Virus record (IMG/VR): IMGVR_UViG_3300028591_000079
Location: 96,001 to 160,000 of that record
Source: a virus
Lineage: Duplodnaviria; Caudoviricetes
Reading direction: 5' to 3' (one strand)
DNA: 64,000 bases
The translations under genes were made by a program, and so were the position numbers. How positions within the stretch are numbered: position 1 is the stretch's first letter; every line of letters begins with the position of its first letter. Positions 18,150 through 27,297 of this stretch are shown piece by piece. The notes beneath the pieces were generated by a model. That model was not told the origin of the DNA, searched no databases, and was given only the letters and a program-made list of their open reading frames with translations.

Positions 18150-19460
18150 ATGTCAATAAGAAAAGGTACATCAATCATAGCAGGAAATCTAGGACAAAAT
18201 ATAGATGATGCTCTTTCTTTGACTAGTACTAACCCTGTCCAAAATAAAGTAATAACAGAAGAGCTAGAAACAAAACTAGGACAATCTGATATCACAAACT
18301 GCATAACCAAAATTCCACAAGATATAAAATTAGAACTCAATGGTGGTGCACTAATACTAAAATCAGGTTCAAAATTTTATTATCCGAATGGACTAGATGG
18401 AACTACGCCAATTTTCAATTCTTTTACAACAGCATCTGATCTTACCTTAAGCGTTGGCGGAACGGGGTGGACAAACAAAGAACATGCTATACTCGTGCTA
18501 AATGATGGAACCTCTAGTGCTGGTTATGCTTGCCCAGATGATTTATATTCAGGAAGTAATCCTCCAACACTTTCTACTCAATATGCTTGTTGGTATGACA
18601 CTGGTAGCAATATTATAAGAAGAACAACTGATTCTGGATCTACTTGGACTTCTACACCATATTCTTTTCCGATTTGTATAGCTGTAAATACTGGCGGAAA
18701 TTGTGATAGTATATCTCAAATATTCAATGGATTTGGTTATGTTGGTTCAACAGTATTTGCATTACCAGGTGTAGAGGGTCTGATTCCAGATGGTAGAAAT
18801 GAAGATGGAAGTTTGAAAAATATCAGAGTGATCGTAAATAACGTTGTTATAGCAAACACCGATCAAAGGGGTAATGATACAGGATTGCTCAGTATTGACG
18901 GCGAAATAACATTTTGGGATACTGGTTCGTTGTTTACTGATTATTACCCAACCCCTGCTACTGGTTATTGGTGGCTTGTGTATGACACAAAGAAAAATAC
19001 ACTTTTTCAATCAAACGATGGCGGTGCATATTTTGAAGTTAGAAGAACAACATTTGGCAATTGGAGAAAAGAAGGAAATAAAATTACATCACTCATCTCA
19101 AAAATGCCATTCCATGCGGTTGATTACGATGATACAGAGTATATGGCACACCAAGCAATGCCAAGTAATAGGTATATAGATATTACGCCGGGGGCTTCTG
19201 GCACTATTTACAATATGCCGGCAGACGGATATTTAGATGTTGGTGCTACGCACCCTGATAATGCTGACTGGGTGAATATAGGTATTGACGTTTTGGATTC
19301 TAATAATAATTTCTTGTTCAATGTAGGTGGCACATATAATTTGAATAATCAGACATACTGGTTTGTTGTACCTGTGGCAAAAGATTTTAATGTTCGAGTG
19401 TTTAGTAATAGTTTTAGTATCACTAGATTAAGATTTATATATGCCCAAGGTGCTGTATAA
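18150..19460 (+). CDS. Tail fibre / receptor-binding protein
   Basis: MSIRKGTSIIAG, IDDALSLTSTNPVQNKVI, ITNCITKIPQDIKLEL, WYDT..N, and a C-terminal AMPS..Y...PADGY...RFIYA domain. Confidence 0.7.
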   Translation: MSIRKGTSIIAGNLGQNIDDALSLTSTNPVQNKVITEELETKLGQSDITNCITKIPQDIKLELNGGALILKSGSKFYYPNGLDGTTPIFNSFTTASDLTLSVGGTGWTNKEHAILVLNDGTSSAGYACPDDLYSGSNPPTLSTQYACWYDTGSNIIRRTTDSGSTWTSTPYSFPICIAVNTGGNCDSISQIFNGFGYVGSTVFALPGVEGLIPDGRNEDGSLKNIRVIVNNVVIANTDQRGNDTGLLSIDGEITFWDTGSLFTDYYPTPATGYWWLVYDTKKNTLFQSNDGGAYFEVRRTTFGNWRKEGNKITSLISKMPFHAVDYDDTEYMAHQAMPSNRYIDITPGASGTIYNMPADGYLDVGATHPDNADWVNIGIDVLDSNNNFLFNVGGTYNLNNQTYWFVVPVAKDFNVRVFSNSFSITRLRFIYAQGAV

Positions 19461-19464
19461 TTTC

Positions 19465-19497
19465 AAGACTCAACTAAAAAATGGTTGAGTCTTTTTT
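19465..19497 (+). terminator. Intrinsic terminator of the right fibre array
   Basis: AAGACTCAACT/GGTTGAGTCTT stem followed by a T-run. Confidence 0.85.
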
Positions 19498-19601
19498 ATA
19501 ACCAACGATGAGTTCTATAGAGAGGACAAGGAAAAATCTTCTAATCTAGGCTTCTATTTGGGTCTAGTTTTTATTTTTTAACAGCAGGGAGATTTTTTGA
19601 T

Positions 19602-20564
19602 ATGAAATTATTTACCATTGAAGAACCTATTCGCAAAGGCAAGACTTATCAATATGCAGTATTTTCAGATTTACACATAGGAAGTAAAGAATTCGATGGA
19701 GAATCATTAAAAAGAGATTTAGAAAAGTGTAAAGATAATGATGCAAAAGTAATAATCAACGGCGACACTATGGATTTAATATTGATGCAAGATATAAAAA
19801 GAGCATCTGCATCAAGGATAAAACCAGATGAAGGACAAATTAATCGTTTTATAGAAGAAGCTGCAGAAAATCTAATACCATATGTTTCTCAATTATGTAT
19901 TATAGCTCAAGGTAATCACGAAACTGCAATGATAAAACATCACGGAGTAGATGTATTGGCTTGGTTGATTGATATACTAAACAGAGAAAAGAAAAATGGT
20001 AGAATACAAGAAGGTCATTATCAAAACTTTGTGCGTGTAAATTTTCTTGACCCTAAAAGAGGCTATAAATTAGGGGGAAAATATACAATTTATATGAGTC
20101 ATGGGCAAGGTAATAGCTCTGCTCCAGTTACTAAGGGTATGATTGACTTTAATCGTATCGCTGTAGCAAATGAGGCTGATTTATATCTAATGGGACATAA
20201 ACACAATCACATAGTAACAACAATACCTTCCGCCACAATAAATGAAGATGATGAAATAACTGTGAGAAACAGAATAGCAGTACAAACACCGTCTTATACA
20301 TATCAAATAAATACAGATAAAGATAATGCTTGGATAGATAATTTTTATGGCAAACAATCAGCTCCTGGTTTTGCAAGAATAGAATTAGAACCAAGACTAT
20401 CATCAAAAAAATTTTCTCTCCCTTATGATATACATCCTACAGTTTGGATAGATAGCAATGATTCAAAACCAGAAATGATATTTAATGGTAATGTTGTAAA
20501 AGCTGTAGAAATTCAAAAAGCAAAAGATAAAAAAATAATTGAGCAACTCCAAAGACAAAAATAG
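19602..20564 (+). CDS. Calcineurin-like metallophosphoesterase
   Basis: SDLH, NGDTMD, GNHE, SHG and GHKH motifs in canonical order. Confidence 0.85.
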   Translation: MKLFTIEEPIRKGKTYQYAVFSDLHIGSKEFDGESLKRDLEKCKDNDAKVIINGDTMDLILMQDIKRASASRIKPDEGQINRFIEEAAENLIPYVSQLCIIAQGNHETAMIKHHGVDVLAWLIDILNREKKNGRIQEGHYQNFVRVNFLDPKRGYKLGGKYTIYMSHGQGNSSAPVTKGMIDFNRIAVANEADLYLMGHKHNHIVTTIPSATINEDDEITVRNRIAVQTPSYTYQINTDKDNAWIDNFYGKQSAPGFARIELEPRLSSKKFSLPYDIHPTVWIDSNDSKPEMIFNGNVVKAVEIQKAKDKKIIEQLQRQK

Positions 20565-20584
20565 TTCTAATAAATGATATACAA

Positions 20585-20666
20585 GAAAACCATTGAGAAA
20601 TTCGGGCCTCATAAGTTTTCACGGTCAGTTTCCCATCTATAGCCCGAATCTATAGGTGGGATTTTT
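20585..20666 (+). ncRNA. Candidate two-hairpin kissing-loop RNA or attenuator leader
   Basis: Follows AGTTCTA at 20563-20569. The hairpin 1 loop contains AUUCGGG. Hairpin 2 (12 bp, then U5) has the loop CCCGAAU, its exact complement. Confidence 0.6.
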
Positions 20667-20683
20667 ATAAAAGGAAACAAATA

Positions 20684-21502
20684 ATGAAAAAAATTCATGT
20701 ATTAACTGAAGAAATAAAAGAAATTTTTGATGATCAATTATTTGTGTTTACTGAAACAAACATAAAACTAACAGATTGGTATATACATCATAATGAAGAT
20801 TTTATAAATTATGTGTATGATAGTTTACAAGAATGGAGCAATGGCAATATAGATAATTGGAATATTGACGTTAATAGAGGTATATTTCTAAAAAATAAGT
20901 TTGAAAACACTCCAGATATAGAACTATCTCTTTTTAATGATATGGATTGGGCTGTTTATATGCCAAAAGAAGAAAAAATAATGTTATTTTTGTTGAACAG
21001 AGATTTTAAGATAAACAAAGAATTTATAAAAAGAAAAAATATGGTAAAACTTGTAATATTACATGAACTAACGCATCACTATGATAATATGTTTCTCAAA
21101 GGTAAAGGTATAAATATAGGTAGTAAACGAACAAAAATAAAACATCAAAACAATATAGAAAAAAACGCATACACAAAACAAATAATTCAACAAATGGAGG
21201 AAAATATTGTTGATACTATAAAAAAAATTAAATCAAAAATAATATCCAATGTAGAAACAAATTTTTCAACAATTTTACATTATTCATTAGGTGAAGTATT
21301 AAAAGAAAATCCAGAATTAAATAATTTTATGCAATCTTTAGATGATAAAACACTCAAAAAAGTATACAAAGAAATTGGAGAATATTTTAAAAATCGCATT
21401 GAAAAAGATTATAATTCATATGCATCCTTACCAAGTGCGATTTTTGACAAAATTAATTATAATGATCTACAAAAAACAAAACATAAAAACAGTTCTAAAT
21501 AA
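20684..21502 (+). CDS. HExxH zincin-like protein
   Basis: VILHELTHHYD followed by a distal IEKNAY (third-ligand Glu). Confidence 0.6.
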   Translation: MKKIHVLTEEIKEIFDDQLFVFTETNIKLTDWYIHHNEDFINYVYDSLQEWSNGNIDNWNIDVNRGIFLKNKFENTPDIELSLFNDMDWAVYMPKEEKIMLFLLNRDFKINKEFIKRKNMVKLVILHELTHHYDNMFLKGKGINIGSKRTKIKHQNNIEKNAYTKQIIQQMEENIVDTIKKIKSKIISNVETNFSTILHYSLGEVLKENPELNNFMQSLDDKTLKKVYKEIGEYFKNRIEKDYNSYASLPSAIFDKINYNDLQKTKHKNSSK

Positions 21503-21518
21503 GAAAGGAGTATAAAAT

Positions 21519-21833
21519 ATGTTCAAAAGACTATTTAAAAGAAAAAAGAAAGAGGCACAAAATCCGTTAGGTTATCTAAAAAAGAATTACACCAACGAGA
21601 TTACAATTCAAGACATAGACCATAAAGAAGTGCAATTCAAAATAAGAGATGTTGGTAATGATAGAACTTTTCTAATTATTACTGATCTAAAAACAAAAGA
21701 AGAGATGGTGTTTGATTTTGACTCTGCTATTGTTTTGAATGCTATTATTACTGATTATGTTGAAAATGGAAATCTAAATAAAGTAGAAGAAATTTTCAAT
21801 GAGAGTCAAGAAGAAGAACAACAAGGAGAATAA
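21519..21833 (+). CDS. Hypothetical protein
   Basis: AAGGAG SD, with AGTTCTA at 21491-21497 upstream. Confidence 0.7.
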   Translation: MFKRLFKRKKKEAQNPLGYLKKNYTNEITIQDIDHKEVQFKIRDVGNDRTFLIITDLKTKEEMVFDFDSAIVLNAIITDYVENGNLNKVEEIFNESQEEEQQGE

Positions 21834-21835
21834 TT

Positions 21836-22105
21836 ATGAGTTTAAAAAGTACACTATATAAAATGTTTGAATCAAATGAGGGCGGAAGTCTTTCATGTGC
21901 TAGAGTTATGACTTGGACCTGTGGTGGTATTGGTATGATTTTATTGATTTTACATTTCTTTGGTATTGGACAAAATGTAGATACTGCTTATACCTTATTG
22001 GGTGTAGGTTTTGGTGGAGGTATTACAAAGTCAATTACATCTCAGCCAAGCACAAGAGTACATGTAGATATTGAAGAAGAAGAAAAGGTGGAAACAAATG
22101 AATAA
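21836..22105 (+). CDS. Small two-transmembrane protein, holin-like
   Basis: G.LS..RV motif followed by two hydrophobic segments and a charged tail. Confidence 0.5.
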   Translation: MSLKSTLYKMFESNEGGSLSCARVMTWTCGGIGMILLILHFFGIGQNVDTAYTLLGVGFGGGITKSITSQPSTRVHVDIEEEEKVETNE

Positions 22106-22460
22106 AAAACTAAAAAAATTACTTGAAGAATATTTGGTAGACTCAGATCGCATGGTTGATGAATATTATGATGAGTTTGGTGAATTTATTATTTGTACAG
22201 AATCTTTTACCAAACTAACAACAGTATTGAAAGAAGGTTTGGAGATTTATAACTTAATCATTACAGAAAAACTATACCAAAATGATGAAGATATACAAAA
22301 GCTTATGGGTCTAATCTGTGAAAAAAGCAGTAAATTAGAAATCAATGAAGAAAATGCTAAAAACCTAAACACTAAAAATGCTATTGAGGCTTGGTTGGAT
22401 CTTCAGTCTTATCTTCTTACTCTTGGTGTTATGATTTTAGGTAGTGAAGAAAACGAATAA
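22098..22460 (+). CDS. Acidic hypothetical protein
   Basis: Likely start MNKKLKKLLEE at 22098 with an AAGGTGG SD. Confidence 0.65.
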   Translation: MNKKLKKLLEEYLVDSDRMVDEYYDEFGEFIICTESFTKLTTVLKEGLEIYNLIITEKLYQNDEDIQKLMGLICEKSSKLEINEENAKNLNTKNAIEAWLDLQSYLLTLGVMILGSEENE

Positions 22461-22522
22461 TTTAATTTTGACTTTATTTTTTCTTCTAGTAATATAATTG
22501 TATCGTAAAAAAGGAGCGATAA

Positions 22523-22915
22523 ATGAAGAAAATATTATTAGGTGCTTTAGGTGCTGTTGTTATTGTTGGTGGTAGTTTGATTGCTTATAATCGCTATGAA
22601 AACAATAAAAGACCAGCGTGCAATAGTGAAGAAACAAATGAAGCGTTGATAGAGTTTGTTGATAAGGAATTTGGAAAAACGACTCTAACAATGGAAGGTT
22701 TTTCTATCAAAGATGTTACACAAAGACCAAGTAAAATCTCTGATAACACCAATGTTTGTACTGCAACTGCTTATATCAAATTTAGTTATTATGGTTATGC
22801 AGTTAGAGATGGTGAAATAAACATAACTTATACTACACAGAAAACATTGAATAATAAAGTAAAAGTAGATATTTATTCTGTTGGTAGTAAGGATCTGAAA
22901 AAACTAAACGACTAA
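22523..22915 (+). CDS. Membrane-anchored/exported protein with its own sigma70-like promoter
   Basis: N-terminal signal anchor and two Cys. TTGACT at 22468 and TAATAT/TATAAT at 22490-22498, with an AAGGAG SD. Confidence 0.65.
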   Translation: MKKILLGALGAVVIVGGSLIAYNRYENNKRPACNSEETNEALIEFVDKEFGKTTLTMEGFSIKDVTQRPSKISDNTNVCTATAYIKFSYYGYAVRDGEINITYTTQKTLNNKVKVDIYSVGSKDLKKLND

Positions 22916-22978
22916 AACATAATTCCTCTTTGTTTTGTTGTATGTTACCCAGTTCTATATAAAAAAGGACTGGGTTTT

Positions 22979-23425
22979 ATGATTAAGCTAAAAACAACAT
23001 TAGGAAAAACAGGTAAAGCAAATTTTAAAAAGACCACAAATTACCTTTCTACACATGACATAACTTCAGAACATCAATTACAAAAAAGTTGCGTGTCTAT
23101 TTTACGGGCTCATAATTTTCTTTGCTTCACAACAGATGTCTTCAATGGTATAAGTTTTATCAAAGATCTAAAATCAAAGGCAATTTATAAACAACATATG
23201 ATAGCTATGGGCGCAACTCCTGGCCAACCAGATTTAATCATTATAGGCAAAGGAAGGGTAACGTTTGTAGAGTTCAAGTTTGGTAAAGGAAAAAAATCAG
23301 TAGAACAAATTTCTCAATGCAATCTTTTAGAATCTATGGGGTATGAAGTTTTAGAGTGGAGAAAATTATCTGATTGTCAAGACTGGATAGTAAAACAATT
23401 GAATTATAAGAAACAGGAAGAATAA
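22979..23425 (+). CDS. VRR-NUC family nuclease
   Basis: SEHQLQ...MGATPGQPDLII.....FVEFK...GK.S.EQ......L...GY. Confidence 0.85.
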   Translation: MIKLKTTLGKTGKANFKKTTNYLSTHDITSEHQLQKSCVSILRAHNFLCFTTDVFNGISFIKDLKSKAIYKQHMIAMGATPGQPDLIIIGKGRVTFVEFKFGKGKKSVEQISQCNLLESMGYEVLEWRKLSDCQDWIVKQLNYKKQEE

Positions 23426-23427
23426 AT

Positions 23428-24444
23428 ATGATAGAAAGTGCAAAATCAGAAAGAGATGCATTAGTTGTTGCCGGAAAAATAACTGGCGACATTATCAATA
23501 TTTTGTCCAACTTATGCCAAAATAAAAACACCTCAGATAGACTTATTGAGCTTGAAAAATCAGGCATATGGGTTGATGGTTGTTTTTTTATTGAATTTAC
23601 TTATAAAAATAAAACAATATTACTAAAACTATCAAACAAAGATAATGAAAACGGAGATTATACAACACTAGAATTTAGTTTTGGATATTGTGGCACTAAA
23701 GATATGCCAATTCCAACGGTAAAAATAAAATGTCTAACTGTATCTAATAAAATTCTTGTGTGCGACATTCAAAACATAATAAAAAGAAATACATCACTGT
23801 TACATGAAATTGAACACGCACTATTGAATGAAAAATTACCATCAAAATTACAATTAACACCGCTAAAACTACCAACAACAAATAAAGAATATAAAACATA
23901 TGTAAAAAACCCAAAAGAATTAGATGCATACACAAAACAGATTTTATTGTGGATAGATCAAATATTAAACAATGAAAATATAAATATACAAACTTTTAAA
24001 AACACAACAAATATTCATAATTTTTTAGATTCTCACGGTTTTTATATTCACAGTAAACCAAACAATCAAAATTACAACATACAAACACTAAAATCATTAC
24101 AACAAAATTGGGATGAAAAAAACAATAAAAGAATACTAAATAAAATATATGAACAACTGAAATATTTATCTGAGCTTCATATGCTAAAAAAAGAAGAGTT
24201 GGATGATTTATATGACTATTATCTTTCACTTGGATTACTAAACATGGCAACATTAATCAAAACAGAATCAGAAAAAAGAAAAAACTTAGAAGAAACTACA
24301 CATATAACTTTTATGAAATGTGGTTATGATGAGTTGATAGATGACACTCTCAACGAAGCAATAAACAAACAAAGCACAAACGAAGAATTCTCAAAAACAT
24401 TAAATAAAAAACTAAGAGAATATTTTAGTGATTTTGATATATAA
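23428..24444 (+). CDS. HExxH zincin-like protein, paralog of 20684-21502
   Basis: LLHEIEHAL...Y..NPKELDAYTKQI, compared with IEKNAYTKQI in the paralog. Confidence 0.6.
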   Translation: MIESAKSERDALVVAGKITGDIINILSNLCQNKNTSDRLIELEKSGIWVDGCFFIEFTYKNKTILLKLSNKDNENGDYTTLEFSFGYCGTKDMPIPTVKIKCLTVSNKILVCDIQNIIKRNTSLLHEIEHALLNEKLPSKLQLTPLKLPTTNKEYKTYVKNPKELDAYTKQILLWIDQILNNENINIQTFKNTTNIHNFLDSHGFYIHSKPNNQNYNIQTLKSLQQNWDEKNNKRILNKIYEQLKYLSELHMLKKEELDDLYDYYLSLGLLNMATLIKTESEKRKNLEETTHITFMKCGYDELIDDTLNEAINKQSTNEEFSKTLNKKLREYFSDFDI

Positions 24445-24459
24445 TATAAGGACTAAAAC

Positions 24460-24987
24460 ATGAAATGGGCACAACTCGTAAAGGGAGCAAATCTAGTACA
24501 AAATAATAACGTAGACCAATCAAATCACGTGTCTGTTACTAATATTGTTTATGCAGCCGGTGTTAAAACTCTTACATTTTATTTTACAATTAGAGGAAGC
24601 AAAGGAAGAAGTTTTGGTGCTATTATAACATTCCTTAGAGTAGAAGAAATAGAAGTGAACTCAAATGAAGAAGCAATGGAAGCGCTATCAAATCGCGAAA
24701 ATATGATGGTAGAAGATGCAGAGGGACATAAACATATAGTAGAAAAACCAAATCTAATGTATAACGATGTCCAATGCAGATGTTCTTGTGAAAGTTTTAG
24801 ATTCTCTTTTGCTTATGCCGATAGAAAAGAAAGAGCTATGGCAGGTGCGAACTTTCCAATATATCACAGAAAGACTCCGTTACCACCACTAGGAAGACCA
24901 AGAAGAAATCCAGAACAAATACCGGGAGTAGACAAACATCTTATAGTCGCAATGGATACTTTAGCTAGAGAAGGTTTAATAATATGA
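24460..24987 (+). CDS. SWIM-like zinc-finger protein
   Basis: VQCRCSCESF...R.RNP...PGVDKHL, a CxC...CKH pattern with Asp at the third ligand position. Confidence 0.55.
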   Translation: MKWAQLVKGANLVQNNNVDQSNHVSVTNIVYAAGVKTLTFYFTIRGSKGRSFGAIITFLRVEEIEVNSNEEAMEALSNRENMMVEDAEGHKHIVEKPNLMYNDVQCRCSCESFRFSFAYADRKERAMAGANFPIYHRKTPLPPLGRPRRNPEQIPGVDKHLIVAMDTLAREGLII

Positions 24988-25030
24988 TGATTTTGAGTTC
25001 TAGTCTATATAATTCAAGGTAAAAAATAAA

Positions 25031-25897
25031 ATGGCAATAAAAATACAATCTTCTCTTAATGAAATCGACGTGGAAATGGGCAATATACTACTAAAAGAAA
25101 TGAGAATTGCCGATACACGAACCATAGAAAAAACTCAAACACCTTTATGGGATAGCGATAATGTTATTTTAGTAGACGAACTTGAAATAGAAGAAATATT
25201 CCGTGCGTGGCTTATCAAAAATTCCAAAAAGAAAGTAGACGTTCAATATCCAATCTTAGCATACGCACCTAATGATATTGATGAAGTTTTCTACGGAACT
25301 GGCAATCGTGTGCAGCAATGGGAATTTGTAACAGAAACTAAAGATGAATCGTGGGCAGTAGGCGATCTTGTTTGGGTTATCGATGGCTTTTATAGAGGAG
25401 ACCAAGGAACGATTACAGAAATCAATCTAGAAAAGAAAACAGCCAAAGTCAATATGGGTGGCGATAATGTTTATGAATTTCCTTTTGATCAACTAAGACC
25501 AACAGGAGAAAAATTACCACAAAAATTCAAAGCAAAACAAATTATCACATCCTACGACTCCGTTATTCTGTGCGAACAAAAACAAGAAGCAAGATATTTT
25601 ATGAACAATTTTATTTTACGCTGCGCAGATGGACAAATATGGCACCCTTTCAATTCTGATATACTAAATGGTTCTGAACTTCATATCTTTACAGTCTTTG
25701 GAATTCCTAATATGAAAAAATACCCAACTTCAGACGCAAAACTAAAAGGTGCAGGTTATATCTATGGTGTTTCATTTAGGACTCAAGTTTGGGCTTATCT
25801 TACAGACTTCCCAGTTCCAAATGGCTTTATTGAACAAATTAGAGAAAATATTCATGTTGAAACAGATGGATTAGTACAAAAAATCGTCATCAACTAA
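25031..25897 (+). CDS. Putative neck/tail-completion protein with an inserted KOW domain
   Basis: Late-motif gene with YPILAY. WAVGDLVWVIDGFYRGDQGTITEINLEKKTAKV is a clear KOW motif. The structural role is inferred from context only. Confidence 0.4.
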   Translation: MAIKIQSSLNEIDVEMGNILLKEMRIADTRTIEKTQTPLWDSDNVILVDELEIEEIFRAWLIKNSKKKVDVQYPILAYAPNDIDEVFYGTGNRVQQWEFVTETKDESWAVGDLVWVIDGFYRGDQGTITEINLEKKTAKVNMGGDNVYEFPFDQLRPTGEKLPQKFKAKQIITSYDSVILCEQKQEARYFMNNFILRCADGQIWHPFNSDILNGSELHIFTVFGIPNMKKYPTSDAKLKGAGYIYGVSFRTQVWAYLTDFPVPNGFIEQIRENIHVETDGLVQKIVIN

Positions 25898-26064
25898 TTC
25901 ATACAAAACATTAATTCTAAAATCTCACACCTTAATTATTTTCGTGAGATTTTTTTATTTTGTTGTTAGTTCTATTTTATCAGAAGTACTAGTTTTTATC
26001 TAAATTATGAATCCTAGTCTTTGAGTATAACGTTAAACATAAATTTTATAAAAAAGGTATTATA

Positions 26065-27138
26065 ATGAAATATTTATCAAGATTCCGTGCACGTCAAGCA
26101 TTGGATAAATTGAAAGAATCAAAGGCTTGGATTGCTTCTAAGAAATTGGTTCTTGAAACCGAAGAAGGTGATTTGGAAATCGAAAAAGGTCAAGAAGTTG
26201 TACTTGGTGCAACAAAAGAAGGCAATGTTGCAATCAAGGACCCAACTGCAATTGTTGTTGTAACTGATGATGAATTGGCTTCAAAAATCGTTGATGCAAT
26301 GAAAAATGCAGAAGATTTGGGTGATGTTAAATTCTTAGACCGTCCAGCTTTGGATTCAGCATTAGATGGTGAAACAGTTGAAGATTTGGTTGCTGGATTG
26401 GCAGATGCAGAAGAAGATTCTGACGAAGTTGAAGTTGCAACAGTTGACGCAGAAGAAGACTCATCTGTTGAAGAAAAATGTGAAAAGATTGCTGAAAACG
26501 TAATTCCATTGACTGGTAAAGTTTTGGAATGTGAAGCTATCCAAATCGCAGAAGATGATGATGCACCAATTAATTTGGGTGATGTAACTGCAGACGCTGG
26601 TTGTGCAGAAGATGTTTTGTCTTATGATGACTTTACAGCAAAAGTTGCAGAATTCGGCGGATCAGTTCAACCAGGCGAAAAAGAAATTGCTCTAAATGCC
26701 GAAGGCAAGGTTGTTGGTTACTGGGATGCAGAAGCTAATACCGGTAAAGTATTCAACTGCGAATTTGATAATGCTGAAGATATGATGAATGCAAACACAG
26801 ATCCAGTCGCAGCAATGGGACCAGCAGAATTTGAAGCAGGTTTGGATGCTGATAAATTAGAATCTGTTGAAGAAGCATTGAAAACATATGAAGAATCAGC
26901 AAAATCAGCTAAAGATTTGTTTGCAATGACAGAATCCTTAGAAAAAGTTGGGTTAGAAGAAAGCGCAATTGCAACAGTTGCAGGTTCATTTGTTTCTCGC
27001 TCAATGAAAGAAGGCGTTGCAGTGTTCGATACCAAATTGGGTAAAACAGTTGCAAAATTCACAGAATCAGTTGATGCTAATAATTACATTGCAGAATCTG
27101 GTGAAGAATCTCGCTTTACAAAACGTTTCTTCAAATAA
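26065..27138 (+). CDS. Acidic, probably abundant head core/internal protein
   Basis: Very E/D/A-rich with many hydrophobic-x-E-S sites (LKES, MTES, LEES, FTES, IAES). Has its own AGTTCTA and terminator. Confidence 0.55.
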   Translation: MKYLSRFRARQALDKLKESKAWIASKKLVLETEEGDLEIEKGQEVVLGATKEGNVAIKDPTAIVVVTDDELASKIVDAMKNAEDLGDVKFLDRPALDSALDGETVEDLVAGLADAEEDSDEVEVATVDAEEDSSVEEKCEKIAENVIPLTGKVLECEAIQIAEDDDAPINLGDVTADAGCAEDVLSYDDFTAKVAEFGGSVQPGEKEIALNAEGKVVGYWDAEANTGKVFNCEFDNAEDMMNANTDPVAAMGPAEFEAGLDADKLESVEEALKTYEESAKSAKDLFAMTESLEKVGLEESAIATVAGSFVSRSMKEGVAVFDTKLGKTVAKFTESVDANNYIAESGEESRFTKRFFK

Positions 27139-27163
27139 TATTGTAAGAAAATGTTATAAAATC

Positions 27164-27199
27164 AATCCTCCTATTATTTTGAGTAGGAGGATTTTTTTT
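27164..27199 (+). terminator. Intrinsic terminator
   Basis: AATCCTCCTATT/AGTAGGAGGATT stem followed by a T-run. Confidence 0.85.
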
Positions 27200-27297
27200 G
27201 AATTTTATAAAATATAATTAAAAACAATAAAAGTATGATTAAGTTTTTTTTAGTAGTTCTATAAATATGTAAAACTTTAGAGAGGAGCAAGCGTGAA

